A stretch of 64,000 nt of DNA from Chitinophagales bacterium (GCA_035638255.1 DASRAJ010000157.1:94827-158826); one strand, 5' to 3'. Counted from the stretch's first letter, positions 21,106 through 32,730 are shown. Made by a program: numbers and translations. Notes: generated from the sequence alone by a model not told the origin.

Positions 21106-22170
21106 ATGATCTCAGGAAAATCCTACGCTACGTTTATTCGCTACTACCGAATCGTTCCGGTTACCATTTTGGGCGCAGTGATAGGATTTATCTATTCCAA
21201 CATCCTCTACTTCAGCAAACTCTCAGCATTGAATAATTACATTCCCGGTGCGCTGCTTGGAACTGCCACGGCCATGGCGATCGGTTACTCGGTTTTAGCT
21301 TTCGATTTTCTTTTTATGAACCGTGTGATCCGGAAAGCTCAACCCTGGATTTTGCTAATAACAAGAATCATTGCGTATTCAATTTTCGCTCTTTTCTGGA
21401 TTTCACTCCTCTATATTTTTATTTACGGGATTCGTGACCGATTGCCGTTGCATGAGATCGGTTTGAAGTTCAGGGAAAACGGACGCATACAAATCGTGAG
21501 CGCCGGCGCAGTCACCATGACAATTATAGCCGTTTTCTTCTACCAGATTTCGCTGATGCAAAGCCGCAATGCACTCGTCAATTATTTGCTGGGAAGATAT
21601 TCAAAACCGAAGAGGATGAAAAAGATTTTCATGTTTCTTGATCTCACCTCCTCCACCACACATGCTGAGCACTTAGGTGATTTGAAATTCAGCAGTCTGC
21701 TCCAGGATTGCTTTTTTGATCTCGCAAGATCAGTGCATGAAACAAATGGCGACGTCTATCAATACATTGGCGACGAAGCAGTACTGGTATGGGATTATCT
21801 GGATGAGAAAAAAAATTCCAACTGTATAGAATGCTTTATGCGTTACCGTGACACGTTGCAAAAGAGGGGTGAATTCTATATGAACAAGTATGGTTTTGTT
21901 CCCAGATTTAAAGCAGGCATTCATGGCGGGGATGTGGTAGTGGTTCGTGTGGGCGAAATAAAAAAGGAGATCGCTTATCACGGCGATGTACTCAACACCA
22001 CGGCGCGGCTCGAATCACTTTGCAATCAAATGCAAACGCCCCTGGTAATTTCAGGAAACTTGCTGAGAGACATTCACCTCAATGGCGAATTGAAATTTGA
22101 GCAGATGCCTTCTGTTCCATTGAAGGGAAAGGAGCAGTCAGTAGAGATTTTCAGGTTGCTATTGCAATAA
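21106..22170 (+). CDS. membrane-anchored class III adenylate/guanylate cyclase
   Basis: N-terminal TM helices, then FMFLDLTSST...YIGDEAVLVW...GIHGGDVVVVRVGE...YHGDVLNTTARLES (CYTH/Guanylate_cyc signature). Confidence 0.85.
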   Translation: MISGKSYATFIRYYRIVPVTILGAVIGFIYSNILYFSKLSALNNYIPGALLGTATAMAIGYSVLAFDFLFMNRVIRKAQPWILLITRIIAYSIFALFWISLLYIFIYGIRDRLPLHEIGLKFRENGRIQIVSAGAVTMTIIAVFFYQISLMQSRNALVNYLLGRYSKPKRMKKIFMFLDLTSSTTHAEHLGDLKFSSLLQDCFFDLARSVHETNGDVYQYIGDEAVLVWDYLDEKKNSNCIECFMRYRDTLQKRGEFYMNKYGFVPRFKAGIHGGDVVVVRVGEIKKEIAYHGDVLNTTARLESLCNQMQTPLVISGNLLRDIHLNGELKFEQMPSVPLKGKEQSVEIFRLLLQ

Positions 22171-22343
22171 AAAAATTGCCACCAGGACAAGCAGGACTTA
22201 GCCAGGATGCTCGTAAGATTTCAAAGCGCCTCTCCTTCGGCCGGCCGATGTAAAAAATTGAACGAGCGTTAGTTGGTCTGTTTCAATTAGTTCTTATCTT
22301 GTTGCCGTTAGCCTCATTCATTCACCCAAAAAAAATTTCAATT

Positions 22344-22721
22344 ATGGTAGCAATCGTTGTCATTTACATCGCTGTAATAGTAATGATGTTCGCCGCCTTA
22401 TGGCGCATCTTTGAAAAAGCCGGTCAACCGGGTTGGGCCGCCATTGTGCCCATCTACAACCTTCTGATTGAACTGCGCATCATTCACAAACCATGGTGGT
22501 GGATTCTTATGTTTCTCATTCCATTAGTGAATATCATTTTCGCCATTTGGATGGTAAACCTGATCAGCAAAAGCTTTGGAAAAGATGAGGGGTTCACGAT
22601 CGGCCTCCTGCTGCTTCCTTTCGTCTTCTATCCAATACTTGCCTGGGGTAAGGCCACTTACCAGGGGGGAATCGTGAGAGAATCAGATCCTACAGTAATT
22701 GATTCCGGAGCGATGAGCTGA
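22344..22721 (+). CDS. DUF5684 family membrane protein
   Basis: WRIFEKAGQPGWAAIVPIYNLL...KPWWW...IPLVNIIF...FGKDEGFTIGLLLLPFVFYPILAWG matches the DUF5684 pattern. The start is moved to MVAIVV. Confidence 0.7.
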   Translation: MVAIVVIYIAVIVMMFAALWRIFEKAGQPGWAAIVPIYNLLIELRIIHKPWWWILMFLIPLVNIIFAIWMVNLISKSFGKDEGFTIGLLLLPFVFYPILAWGKATYQGGIVRESDPTVIDSGAMS

Positions 22722-22859
22722 ACGAACAGTTTGAATTCCTGTGTCTCGGATGAGCAATTCATTGCTGAGGTCTTTAATTTCATTGAATGCCTTTGCAGAA
22801 AGTTTCTGTGGATCTGAAACTACCCGGTAAGCTGTGTGTGAGTCGAGCAAATATTTCAT
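22683..22859 (-). pseudogene. truncated PIN-domain (VapC-like) toxin remnant
   Basis: My own translation: MKYLLDSHTAYRVVSDPQKLSAKAFNEIKDLSNELL resembles a PIN N-terminus (MKYLLDTH...DP.LS..A...I.D..NEL). The frame then runs into unrelated sequence antisense to the neighbouring gene and stops at 58 aa. Its ATG overlaps the upstream antitoxin stop (ATGA). Confidence 0.5.
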
Positions 22860-23077
22860 TGCATATACTCTTTCATTTCATCGAGCGGTTCGTCAAAGTC
22901 GGGAGACATAGAACCTTTGCCAACTCCAACCCCAAGAATTCTCTCGTGATTTTTTTCGCTTGCTTGCTTATGTGCTTTCGCAAGCAATGAGTCAAGATAT
23001 ACATCAAGTTGCGTTTTAAAATCTTCGGGCAACTGTGCAATTTTTTCGAGCAGGGAATTTACTGAGGGTAGGATCAT
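22856..23077 (-). CDS. DUF2281-type antitoxin (VapB-like)
   Basis: 73 aa. LLEKIAQLPEDFKTQLDVYLDSLL and C-terminal GSMSPDFDEPLDEMKEYM match the DUF2281 pattern (..msdDFDaPLedFkdYM). Confidence 0.65.
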   Translation of the reverse strand: MILPSVNSLLEKIAQLPEDFKTQLDVYLDSLLAKAHKQASEKNHERILGVGVGKGSMSPDFDEPLDEMKEYMQ

Positions 23078-23425
23078 TCACTGCGGCGGCATACTTCTGA
23101 GTTTCCTCCACTCAAAAAGTTCGTGCACTCACGGTTGACATTTCGTTTAGCGGTTTGTCTTTGCGGGCATCTGCAGTGATCACCACTTCCTTTCCTTCCA
23201 TCACATTTTGTTCCATCTGGACAGAGAGTACTGTTTCCTTTCCTGCATTCACTACAATATTTATTGCGGCATCCTTATAACCGATGTGAGTGATTTGGAG
23301 AACATGATTGCCCACAGGGACATGCTCCAATCTGAAATTTCCATTGTCATCTGTTGATGCACCAATCACCGGATCACGCCCAACAAGAATCACATTGGCG
23401 CTTGTTAATGTTGTTTCCACAATGA
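23078..23425 (-). pseudogene. internal fragment of a TonB-dependent receptor (paralogous to 53367..55721)
   Basis: The translated fragment SANVILVGRDPVIGASTDDNGNFRLEHVPVGNHVLQITHIGYKDAAIN...KPLNEMSTVSARTF aligns with residues near the N-terminus of the intact receptor (14 differences in 97 aa by my count). It lacks a signal peptide and everything after the plug start. It has an in-frame TGA after SARTF, and DNA similarity continues to about 23078. Confidence 0.8.
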
Positions 23426-23476
23426 CGCTTCATTATTAGTAATCTTCATATCAGTTTAGTATTTACTTTGCATGGT

Positions 23477-24733
23477 TTACTTTGATGCATAAACAATATA
23501 ATTATTGAAATACTTTTCGACTTTACTTTTATTCTTTGAAACAAAGTCAGCATATTGATCATAAATATCGAAATGAAAGCACGTTACCATCACATAACAA
23601 TCGAGGTAACCATCCTTCTGCATTCTTCGCGCTTCTTCCAATAGAGGGTCATTGCTGTTCTTAAGCATTTGTTCCCAACAAAAGACTTCAAGGTAATGTG
23701 ATTCGGTGAGCTGATTGGGCTTAACAATGACTCCTCTGTCATCACAATAGTCTTCGATTTGCTCCATGGCATCTTCGTAAAAAGTCCACGGTTGTTTTAC
23801 GACTATGGAGTCAGGATCATTGTAGAACATATCAGAGCTGTCAAGCCCAATCCTGTTTGGAAAGACGCCTCGTGCTGTCCACTTGATATCAAGCTTTTGG
23901 TTGTTCATGTACGCTGCATCGTCCAGCTTCCCCGTCATTGCAAGATCGGGATACACTGCCATGGTCAGGATTGATTCCTGGAGGGCGCGTTCATAAAGCT
24001 TCTCCTTCATGTATGCATCTACCAGGTATTTTCTTGGTTCCAGGAATGTGGGAAATCTGTTCACCGCCTCTTGAAATGATTTGATCGCTTCCGTGTAGTT
24101 TCCCATAAAGAAATAGCAATCGCCGAGGTACAAACTCGCTTTGTAAAAATCAGGCTGCTCACTTACCGCTCTCTTGTACAATTTTGCAGCACTGCTGTAA
24201 TCCTTATTCACAAATTCCTTTTCTGCATCATCAAAATATTTTAAAGCTTTTTTACTTACTTCTGAATCCACTTCCGTGTCAATAAAACGAATTCGCAGCA
24301 TGGTTGATGCCCTGTAAGCTTCATTAGACATAAGAGTAGCTTTTCGCATCGTGTACTTGTACTTATTAAAAGCTAGCTTGGAAGGTCGAATGTTGTTTAG
24401 CATATTCATCAGGTTCTTTGCCAGGGAATCATCCTTTACTTCATTCCCGTCCTTGTCTTTAGTGGTGACTGTCATAGCTCCTCCAAGAAGCTGATCCATC
24501 ATTTTGCTGCTTTGATATTCCTGATATCTCAAATCACAGAGGTAATCCCAGCCTGCTCCGTATTCCGGATTTTCCCTGAGCACTTTCACAAGATATTCGT
24601 CTGCCTCATCGGTTTTTCCGTTGTCAGCAAGAGAATGTGCCTTGTCTAATTTCTTATCGAGTTTGTTTGACTGAGCAAATGCGACTGATATGGAAATAGA
24701 AAGTGTGAGTACTATGGAGATAATTTTATTCAT
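23477..24733 (-). CDS. secreted TPR-repeat protein
   Basis: Signal peptide and several TPR-like units (AAKLYKRAVSEQPDFYKASLYLGDCYFFMGNYTEAIKSFQEAV...). Confidence 0.7.
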   Translation of the reverse strand: MNKIISIVLTLSISISVAFAQSNKLDKKLDKAHSLADNGKTDEADEYLVKVLRENPEYGAGWDYLCDLRYQEYQSSKMMDQLLGGAMTVTTKDKDGNEVKDDSLAKNLMNMLNNIRPSKLAFNKYKYTMRKATLMSNEAYRASTMLRIRFIDTEVDSEVSKKALKYFDDAEKEFVNKDYSSAAKLYKRAVSEQPDFYKASLYLGDCYFFMGNYTEAIKSFQEAVNRFPTFLEPRKYLVDAYMKEKLYERALQESILTMAVYPDLAMTGKLDDAAYMNNQKLDIKWTARGVFPNRIGLDSSDMFYNDPDSIVVKQPWTFYEDAMEQIEDYCDDRGVIVKPNQLTESHYLEVFCWEQMLKNSNDPLLEEARRMQKDGYLDCYVMVTCFHFDIYDQYADFVSKNKSKVEKYFNNYIVYASK

Positions 24734-24913
24734 GTGGTTGGTGTTTTAGAATGAAGTATGAGGAGGAATCAGTTTTTCATCAAGATATAGAGTGAAAGTA
24801 ACATTTAAAATGAGCTTTGCCTTCACAAACTTTTCAAAGAGAAATCTTCTGACGTTTCAAATTGAGTACTGCCTCTCGCAGGTTTTATAAATTAAAATGC
24901 AATTAGGTAACTG

Positions 24914-25465
24914 CTAATAACGAGCAATAGATCGAACAGATGCAATCAAAGAATCGCCCTCAGTTTGGATAAAGAATTCAATTACCATGGCAGGAAAAAA
25001 TTCACACGGCGGAGGATGATCTAACTTCCGGCCAGCCCCATCATAAAATCCAATTTGATTATTGTTCTTATCATAATTATTAAGTACACCAACCGGTTCA
25101 ATTTGTATTGACAAGCCGGAATCAGTTTGTTCAATCCAGCGAATCCAATAAATATCAGCACTTAATCTGTTTAAATTAGTTTGCAATTCACAAATTTCAT
25201 CCTCTGTTAAAATAACTACGGAATCAATTCGAACCTGTTTTAAATAATGAAACCAGACGGAGTCAGATGAAAAAATAAAACCCTTGGACAAAATTGGGGC
25301 AAAAAAAGTATCTGATTTTTTATTTTTTGCAAACGTTAGTTCCAATTTAATTGCTGCTTCAAGAGATGCTATAGTATCACTAAAATTCTTTTTCTTCTGA
25401 TCACTCAGTTGAGAGCAGTTATAATTCGCGAGAGATACTGCAAGACATAAAATCAGGATTCTCAT
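24914..25465 (-). CDS. hypothetical lipoprotein
   Basis: 183 aa. MRILILCLAVSLANYNCS is a lipoprotein-like signal. No family recognised. Confidence 0.55.
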   Translation of the reverse strand: MRILILCLAVSLANYNCSQLSDQKKKNFSDTIASLEAAIKLELTFAKNKKSDTFFAPILSKGFIFSSDSVWFHYLKQVRIDSVVILTEDEICELQTNLNRLSADIYWIRWIEQTDSGLSIQIEPVGVLNNYDKNNNQIGFYDGAGRKLDHPPPCEFFPAMVIEFFIQTEGDSLIASVRSIARY

Positions 25466-25487
25466 TGCTCCTTTTTAAACTATCATT

Positions 25488-25735
25488 TCACTCCATATAA
25501 ACCACCTTCTCCACCTCCCCAACATTAACTCTCCCATTCTCTTCCCTCCTCTTCATCTCCTCCAGCGCACTTGCCACAAATTTTACAAACAACGGATGAG
25601 GATTATCTACTGTACTCTTCAGCTCCGGATGATACTGCACACCGATAAACCAAGGATGCTTTTTAAGTTCCATCACTTCCAACAAATCACTTTCAGGGTT
25701 CGTGCCCACTGCAGCAAAACCATTTTCTACTGGCA
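25488..25735 (-). pseudogene. duplicated 3-prime fragment of CTP synthase (pyrG)
   Basis: About 237 nt align with the 3-prime end of the intact pyrG at 26160-26396 with 19 mismatches by my count. The translation differs at only 3 of 71 residues. There is no upstream pyrG sequence. Confidence 0.85.
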
Positions 25736-25762
25736 GGTGTCCTCACCCGCCACTACTGAAAT

Positions 25763-26113
25763 TTATCTCTTCTTTTTCTTAGAAGCTTTCGCTATTTTGT
25801 TATACGCTAAAGCGAGCTGAATCCAGTACTCTAATTTCTTTTTTGTATTCAGTGCATCTATATCAACAAAAACATAACCTTTCATTACTCTACCTGTAAA
25901 GTCCATGGGCTTGCAACCTTCTTTCTCCATGGCTTCATCAAACTTTGCGGGGTCAAGACGTACCATCAGGCGATCCGTTTCGACGCCCACGCACATTTTA
26001 TCATTGACCATAAAACATAAACCGCCAAACATTTTTTTCTCTTCAATATTTTTATGAGTTTGAGAAATAATTTCTCTTGTTCTGTCAGCTAATTTTTCGT
26101 CGTAGGCCATTGC
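25763..26113 (-). CDS. TfoX N-terminal domain protein
   Basis: LADRTREIIS......KKMFGGLCFMVNDKMCVGV...LMVRLDP is typical of the TfoX_N family. The start is moved to MAYDEKL. Confidence 0.7.
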   Translation of the reverse strand, partial: AMAYDEKLADRTREIISQTHKNIEEKKMFGGLCFMVNDKMCVGVETDRLMVRLDPAKFDEAMEKEGCKPMDFTGRVMKGYVFVDIDALNTKKKLEYWIQLALAYNKIAKASKKKKR

Positions 26114-26158
26114 GTGAGTTGCGATTAAATTCAATTTGCTATTCTGATTTTTTCGGCA

Positions 26159-27950
<1,792 letters not shown>

Positions 27951-28007
27951 TGGAAAGCGATTAAGGCGCAGGTCATCTTTGACCGGGCTCTGCTTCAGAC
28001 TTGAGTA

Positions 28008-28162
28008 CAATGTCATTAAGTTAACGGAAGAGATTTGACAACTTTTTTAAATTTCTATGGTTTGATGTGCAGTAATACCTTTGAAAAGTTGTCAAATCTT
28101 GCCTTCCATTTGATTCAAATTCATTCAATGACCAATGATCAATCCTTAATTTAATGACATTG
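28008..28162. repeat. nested long inverted repeat
   Basis: The outer arms caatgtcattaa (28008-28019) and ttaatgacattg (28151-28162) are perfect complements. The inner arms agatttgacaactttt (28031-28046) and aaaagttgtcaaatct (28084-28099) form a perfect 16-bp inverted repeat with a 37-nt spacer. Confidence 0.85.
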
Positions 28163-28359
28163 GACTTGCGCAAGCAGGAGTTTTAGCAGGTACAAACTCC
28201 CATACCGGAATGTTATTCCGTAACCTGGACTCGAAATCAATCCTTGATTAAGTCTTCGAATCATTTAAAGGGGTTAGTTACTCAGAATGTCACATTACCC
28301 TGAGAGATTGATGGGGGCACGGTTGTTACAGTGTATGGTCGTGTTTTAAACCCACACCC

Positions 28360-28689
28360 ATGATGATCAACTTAATCGAGACGAAGGCAGCATCTATGGT
28401 ATTGGATTCAATAAAGAATATTTATAGAAAAGAAATCCTTAACCTGATTAATGACTTTCCCGGCATTACTGTTAAGGAACTTTATAAAGGGCTGTGTTGG
28501 AAGCAGTCAGTGGTATCCCATCATTTGGTCTGCCTGAGGCGATCAGGTTTGGTTCGATCTGAACGCGCCGGGAAATCCATTCACTATTATGCTCATCTGG
28601 AGAATATCAACGTAATGAGACTACTTGTACAACAACTGGCGACTTACTTCAAGGGAGTTGATTCCCGGAAACTTCAGAGTGTCGCTTAA
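28360..28689 (+). CDS. ArsR/SmtB-family winged-helix transcriptional regulator
   Basis: ILNLINDFPGITVKELYKGLCWKQSVVSHHLVCLRRSGLVRSERAGKSIHY matches the ArsR HTH (..l...l..sq..vShHL..L...GlV...r.Gk...Y). Confidence 0.8.
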   Translation: MMINLIETKAASMVLDSIKNIYRKEILNLINDFPGITVKELYKGLCWKQSVVSHHLVCLRRSGLVRSERAGKSIHYYAHLENINVMRLLVQQLATYFKGVDSRKLQSVA

Positions 28690-28727
28690 TTTTTCTTCGA
28701 AGAAAATAACCTTTTCTGCCGCTGTTG

Positions 28728-28955
28728 GTGCGAGCGCCGTTGTTGTGTCGCTGACCAACAACCAAAGCGCGAGCAATTTTTTTTCCGAAGGGATTCCTTC
28801 GGAACAGGCAAAGAAGGTAGAAAATTTTTATTGGGATTTGCGGTTGACAGGGAAATCAACCTCAAGTAAGAATCCGCACTTCAGTTGTTGGTTTGGTCTA
28901 CCTCGCGCATGATCAAGTACAAAGACCAACAACGGCATTAAGATAAAACTTTGTT
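28728..28955. repeat. dispersed intergenic repeat, copy A (split by a ~150-bp insert with a 9-bp hairpin)
   Basis: gtgcgagcgccgttgttgtgtcgctgaccaa...aaagcgcgagcaattttt at 28728-28784 and ggcattaagataaaactttgtt at 28932-28955 match copy B (50951-51038) and copy C (32688-32730). The insert contains ttccgaagg-gatt-ccttcggaa. Confidence 0.7.
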
Positions 28956-28964
28956 CCTGACTCC

Positions 28965-30263
28965 TTAGTTTTTGACAAACACTTTCCTCATTATAACCTT
29001 ATTCGCAAATGCAGTGAGAAGATAAACACCGGATGAAAGCGAGCTCACGTCAAGTTGAATATTCGGTAGTGTGTATTCAGAAACCAGGTTCTTTACGAGT
29101 ATAACTTGTCCGGCGAGATTGGTGATCTCGATTCGGTCTATTTCATAATTGTTAGCTGAAATGTTCAGTTGATCTGCAACCGGATTTGGGTAAGCATTGA
29201 AAATCATTTCCTCTTGCTGTGCGATTCGCAGCGGAGTACTGAAAGATTGAGTGTCACTCCACGCAGACCATGCATTCGGATTGCTTGCGCATTTAGAGCG
29301 CACCTGCCAGACATATCCTGTGCCCGGAGTGAGCCCGGTTATCTTCTTCGATCCTTTTGTTCCGGCCGGATTTATAGCTGACCAGCTTGACGCTCCCGAA
29401 GGTTTGTAACGGACTTTGTAACCAATGGCACAGTTGGTAACTGCCCAGTTCAGCTTAGCGCTTGTGCCGGTAATATTGGACGCAGAAAGCCCTGCAGGTG
29501 TGGTGCAAATGATGCTGCAGCAATTAATGGCCCAGACCGGTTTGGTAGAAGAAGTGCCGCTACCGAGTGTACCGTCGTTGTTGGTGGAAGAATAATCATT
29601 CACTATGGTTCCGCTGCCGTCATTCATGCGCCAGTAAGAGATCAGGTTTGGCTCACTTGCGCTAAGCACGCTGTTCATGGTGTTTTGAATCTGGGATTGT
29701 GTCCGCGCGCTGTTCCACATCCTGATTTCGCGAAAGGTGCCTTTGTGCATTCCGCCGAGACGAAGAGCTGTTCCAATATTGATGTTGTTGAGTATGGTGT
29801 CTTCTATCCAGTACTGGTTCCAGACCACCATATTTCCATCAATATATAAAGTGACATAAAACGGCGGATTAATATTCCTGTCGACCACGGCAGCAACATG
29901 GTGACATTGTCCGTCCCGTAAATCCTGCCCGTCTGCTGTAGCGAAAGCTCCGACCTTCAGGAATAATTCCAGGTATCCGTTTTCAATTCTAAGACTGAGT
30001 GTTGATGACCAGACACCGTTGTTCCATTCAGGATCGCTTCGTATAATGTTTTCCTGGGTATAACCTGAAGCAGGCACGTCATCGCGAATCCAGGCTTCGA
30101 GGGTGAAATCACCTGTGCCGAAATTGTAGACTGAATTAGCCGGCACTGTAACTAAGTCATCTGCGCCGTCGAAATAAAGAGTAGTGCTTGAGATTTGTGC
30201 CTTCGACAGAAAAGAAATGAAAAGAAGGAACGCCAAAAACGGAGGGAGGAATTGTTGTTTCAT
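28965..30263 (-). CDS. secreted LamG-like lectin/FN3 protein with T9SS C-terminal domain
   Basis: LYFDGADDLVTVP...GDFTLEAWI (LamG jelly-roll), FN3-like PAGLSASNITGTSAKLNW...YKVRYK...TGLTPGTGYVWQVRS, and CTD AYPNPVADQL...GVYLLTAF. Confidence 0.8.
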   Translation of the reverse strand: MKQQFLPPFLAFLLFISFLSKAQISSTTLYFDGADDLVTVPANSVYNFGTGDFTLEAWIRDDVPASGYTQENIIRSDPEWNNGVWSSTLSLRIENGYLELFLKVGAFATADGQDLRDGQCHHVAAVVDRNINPPFYVTLYIDGNMVVWNQYWIEDTILNNINIGTALRLGGMHKGTFREIRMWNSARTQSQIQNTMNSVLSASEPNLISYWRMNDGSGTIVNDYSSTNNDGTLGSGTSSTKPVWAINCCSIICTTPAGLSASNITGTSAKLNWAVTNCAIGYKVRYKPSGASSWSAINPAGTKGSKKITGLTPGTGYVWQVRSKCASNPNAWSAWSDTQSFSTPLRIAQQEEMIFNAYPNPVADQLNISANNYEIDRIEITNLAGQVILVKNLVSEYTLPNIQLDVSSLSSGVYLLTAFANKVIMRKVFVKN

Positions 30264-30399
30264 TTTCCAGGTGTTTCTATTTAAAAAAGTATGGATTTTC
30301 TGCCACTGTTGAAGTGTTCGCCAATGTAGGAAGAGTTTTGAATATGAAAGGGAAATTTTTCAGGGAGTCGCTCTCCAATTCTTGCATGAACTCCTTTCT

Positions 30400-30915
30400 T
30401 TATTCCTCACTTGCTTCAAGAAGAGTCTTGAAGTACTGTTTCGATTTCTTGCTTTCATACTTGAAGGGAATGGTGAAGAGCAAGCATCCAAAAACCACCA
30501 TAATAAAAGGGATCAATGCTCCAAACGAAAATCCTTCTTTCAACACTTGCCGGTATTGAGCGATTAATGCCAGCAGTACTACAATGCAAACACTAAGGAC
30601 AACTCCCATCCAAAAGATCATGAAAATTATTACCGCTTTTGCAGGACGCATTCTGATTCTGATTTCAGTATATGCCTGCGTCTGAGAAACATGTCCCATG
30701 ATCATTGGCAGAAAAGAATTTCTATAATCAATGATCCTGCGGATTTTAAAATAGCCGTCCTTTAATTTTCCTTCGTAGGGTTTTGAGGAGTTTTTTGTCC
30801 AAAAAAAATGATTGAATGTTTCTTTCGGCTCGATGATTTGTGCGAGACGCTTTATAACCTCATCTTCCGATAGCGGAGATATTAATTTATAGTTTTCAAA
30901 AGGCAGAACTTTCAT
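30400..30915 (-). CDS. hypothetical membrane protein
   Basis: 171 aa with a soluble N-terminal half and two C-terminal TM helices. Confidence 0.55.
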   Translation of the reverse strand: MKVLPFENYKLISPLSEDEVIKRLAQIIEPKETFNHFFWTKNSSKPYEGKLKDGYFKIRRIIDYRNSFLPMIMGHVSQTQAYTEIRIRMRPAKAVIIFMIFWMGVVLSVCIVVLLALIAQYRQVLKEGFSFGALIPFIMVVFGCLLFTIPFKYESKKSKQYFKTLLEASEE

Positions 30916-31073
30916 TTTTTTATTTCAGGTTTTTACTTTCTGCAATCCTATTTGCTCTCTTTTTTCTTCATCATCTTCTTCAGCCACTCGCAAATCCGGC
31001 ACAAAGGTCGCCAAGGGCTTTAAAATTTGGGAGATGGTTTGCTATTCAGTGTAACCTCCTCACGAAAGAAAAT

Positions 31074-32657
31074 CTATCTTATAATTACAACTTCAGTTTC
31101 TCCAAATTGTATTTCACTCCCCGCAACCAAATGATAACTTCCGGAAGGAAGATTTTTTGACTGGATCGAAACTATTTGATTGCTCCGATTTACTGTTATA
31201 TTACTCATGCTTAACACGGCCTGACCGATACTGTTAAATAACTCAAGAGTCATCTTATCTGAATTCTCAGAAGTGATTGTGACATTTATTTCATCTGAAG
31301 CAGGAACAGGAAAAGCGCTGATGCTAAATGCAGGATAAGTAATTGGTGACGGGATGCCCACAACCGATGATAACTTAAACAACACAACATCACCAGCTCC
31401 GTGATTGTTAGTCACGTCCCCATCATTTGAATCTGTGCTTCCCGTAAAAATAACTTCCTGACCATTGAAGAAACTCACATCCCACATCTCATCGTAACCT
31501 GAGCCGCCAATACATTTTTGCCAGACAAGATTACCCGATGAATCTACCTCGATGATCCAGCCATCAACCGAACCATGATTTCCTGACACATCTCCATCAT
31601 TAGAATCAACAAAACCGGAAAGAATAAAATGATGATCAGATGTTTCCAGTAATCCAAATGGGATATCAAAACCGGAACCCCCGAAACATTTTTGCCAGAT
31701 TATATCACCATCGGAATCCAAATGCACTAACCAAAAATCCCAGATGCCATGATTTCCTGAGACGTCTCCATCATTTGATTCCGTAAAACTTAAGACCATA
31801 TAACGTCCTTCAAAAACCTGAAGCGCATTAAATCCCTCTTCGCCGAGCGAACCGCCTAAACACTTTTGCCAGACGAGGTCACCGTCAGCATTAAGTCGAA
31901 GAACCCATGTACTACCGCTTGTTTGGTCGCAGCCGATAGGATCTCCATCTATTGAGGAAGATGCTCCGGCAACAATGTATCCTCCATCAGAACAGGTGCT
32001 GATTCCTACACCCAGATCCGCATCACTGCCGCCATAGTTCTTGTTCCAAACAATATTTCCGAAAGTATCCACCTTTGTTACCCACAGATCATATTGCCCT
32101 TTGTTGCCTGTAAAATCGCCATCGTTAGAATCTGTAAATCCTGTAATAACAATTGCTTTATCCAATGAAAGTGTAGCAAATTGCACATTATCATTGGACG
32201 AACCACCAATAGATTTCTGCCAGATAATCTGTCCCGATTTTGTTAAGCGAACTACCCAATAGTCATGATCACCATGGTTGCCGGAAACATCTCCATCATT
32301 GGACTTCGAATATGCTACTATAAAGTATCCGTTGCCTGCTTCATATCCATCATATCCAAAATCTGCATTCGTGCCTCCCAAACATTTCTGCCATTGAAGA
32401 CTTCCGTTTGCATCTAACTTAACCGCCCAAACGTCCTGAAGAGTATCATGTAATCCGGAAACATCTCCGTCATTTGAGCGGGTAACACCTACAATCAAAA
32501 TACCTCCGTCAGAAGTTTCATGCGCTCTGAAATTGCCCTCGCTATTTGACCCGCCAAAACATTTCTGCTGGAGAATTGATGGTTGCGTAAAGGCGATTGT
32601 TGCTTCTGTTAAAAGCAGAATTAGAATAGTAAGGGTCTTTTGTATAAATGACTTCAT
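31074..32657 (-). CDS. secreted repeat (beta-propeller-like) protein with T9SS C-terminal domain
   Basis: Seven to eight ~48-aa repeats of SNDGDVSGNHG..D.W.VKLD..G...WQKC.GGS..D, plus a signal peptide and a CTD. Confidence 0.8.
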   Translation of the reverse strand: MKSFIQKTLTILILLLTEATIAFTQPSILQQKCFGGSNSEGNFRAHETSDGGILIVGVTRSNDGDVSGLHDTLQDVWAVKLDANGSLQWQKCLGGTNADFGYDGYEAGNGYFIVAYSKSNDGDVSGNHGDHDYWVVRLTKSGQIIWQKSIGGSSNDNVQFATLSLDKAIVITGFTDSNDGDFTGNKGQYDLWVTKVDTFGNIVWNKNYGGSDADLGVGISTCSDGGYIVAGASSSIDGDPIGCDQTSGSTWVLRLNADGDLVWQKCLGGSLGEEGFNALQVFEGRYMVLSFTESNDGDVSGNHGIWDFWLVHLDSDGDIIWQKCFGGSGFDIPFGLLETSDHHFILSGFVDSNDGDVSGNHGSVDGWIIEVDSSGNLVWQKCIGGSGYDEMWDVSFFNGQEVIFTGSTDSNDGDVTNNHGAGDVVLFKLSSVVGIPSPITYPAFSISAFPVPASDEINVTITSENSDKMTLELFNSIGQAVLSMSNITVNRSNQIVSIQSKNLPSGSYHLVAGSEIQFGETEVVIIR

Positions 32658-32687
32658 GATTTCTTCAGGTGATGATGCAAGAACTTA

Positions 32688-32730
32688 AGCGCGGGCAATC
32701 TTTCAGGCAATGAAGATAAAAACTTTGTTG
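32688..32730. repeat. dispersed intergenic repeat, copy C (partial)
   Basis: agcgcgggcaatctttcaggcaatgaagataaaaactttgttg matches the right half of copy B and the right end of copy A. Confidence 0.65.

Noticed and set aside
25596-25820. 74-aa plus-strand ORF over the pyrG fragment
   Set aside because: It is an antisense shadow of the duplicated pyrG tail. A near-identical shadow ORF exists opposite the intact gene (26267..26635).
28625-28912. 95-aa plus-strand ORF after the ArsR-like gene
   Set aside because: It is composed of the dispersed repeat (copy A) and its hairpin insert. The homologous repeat copies are not in a conserved frame.
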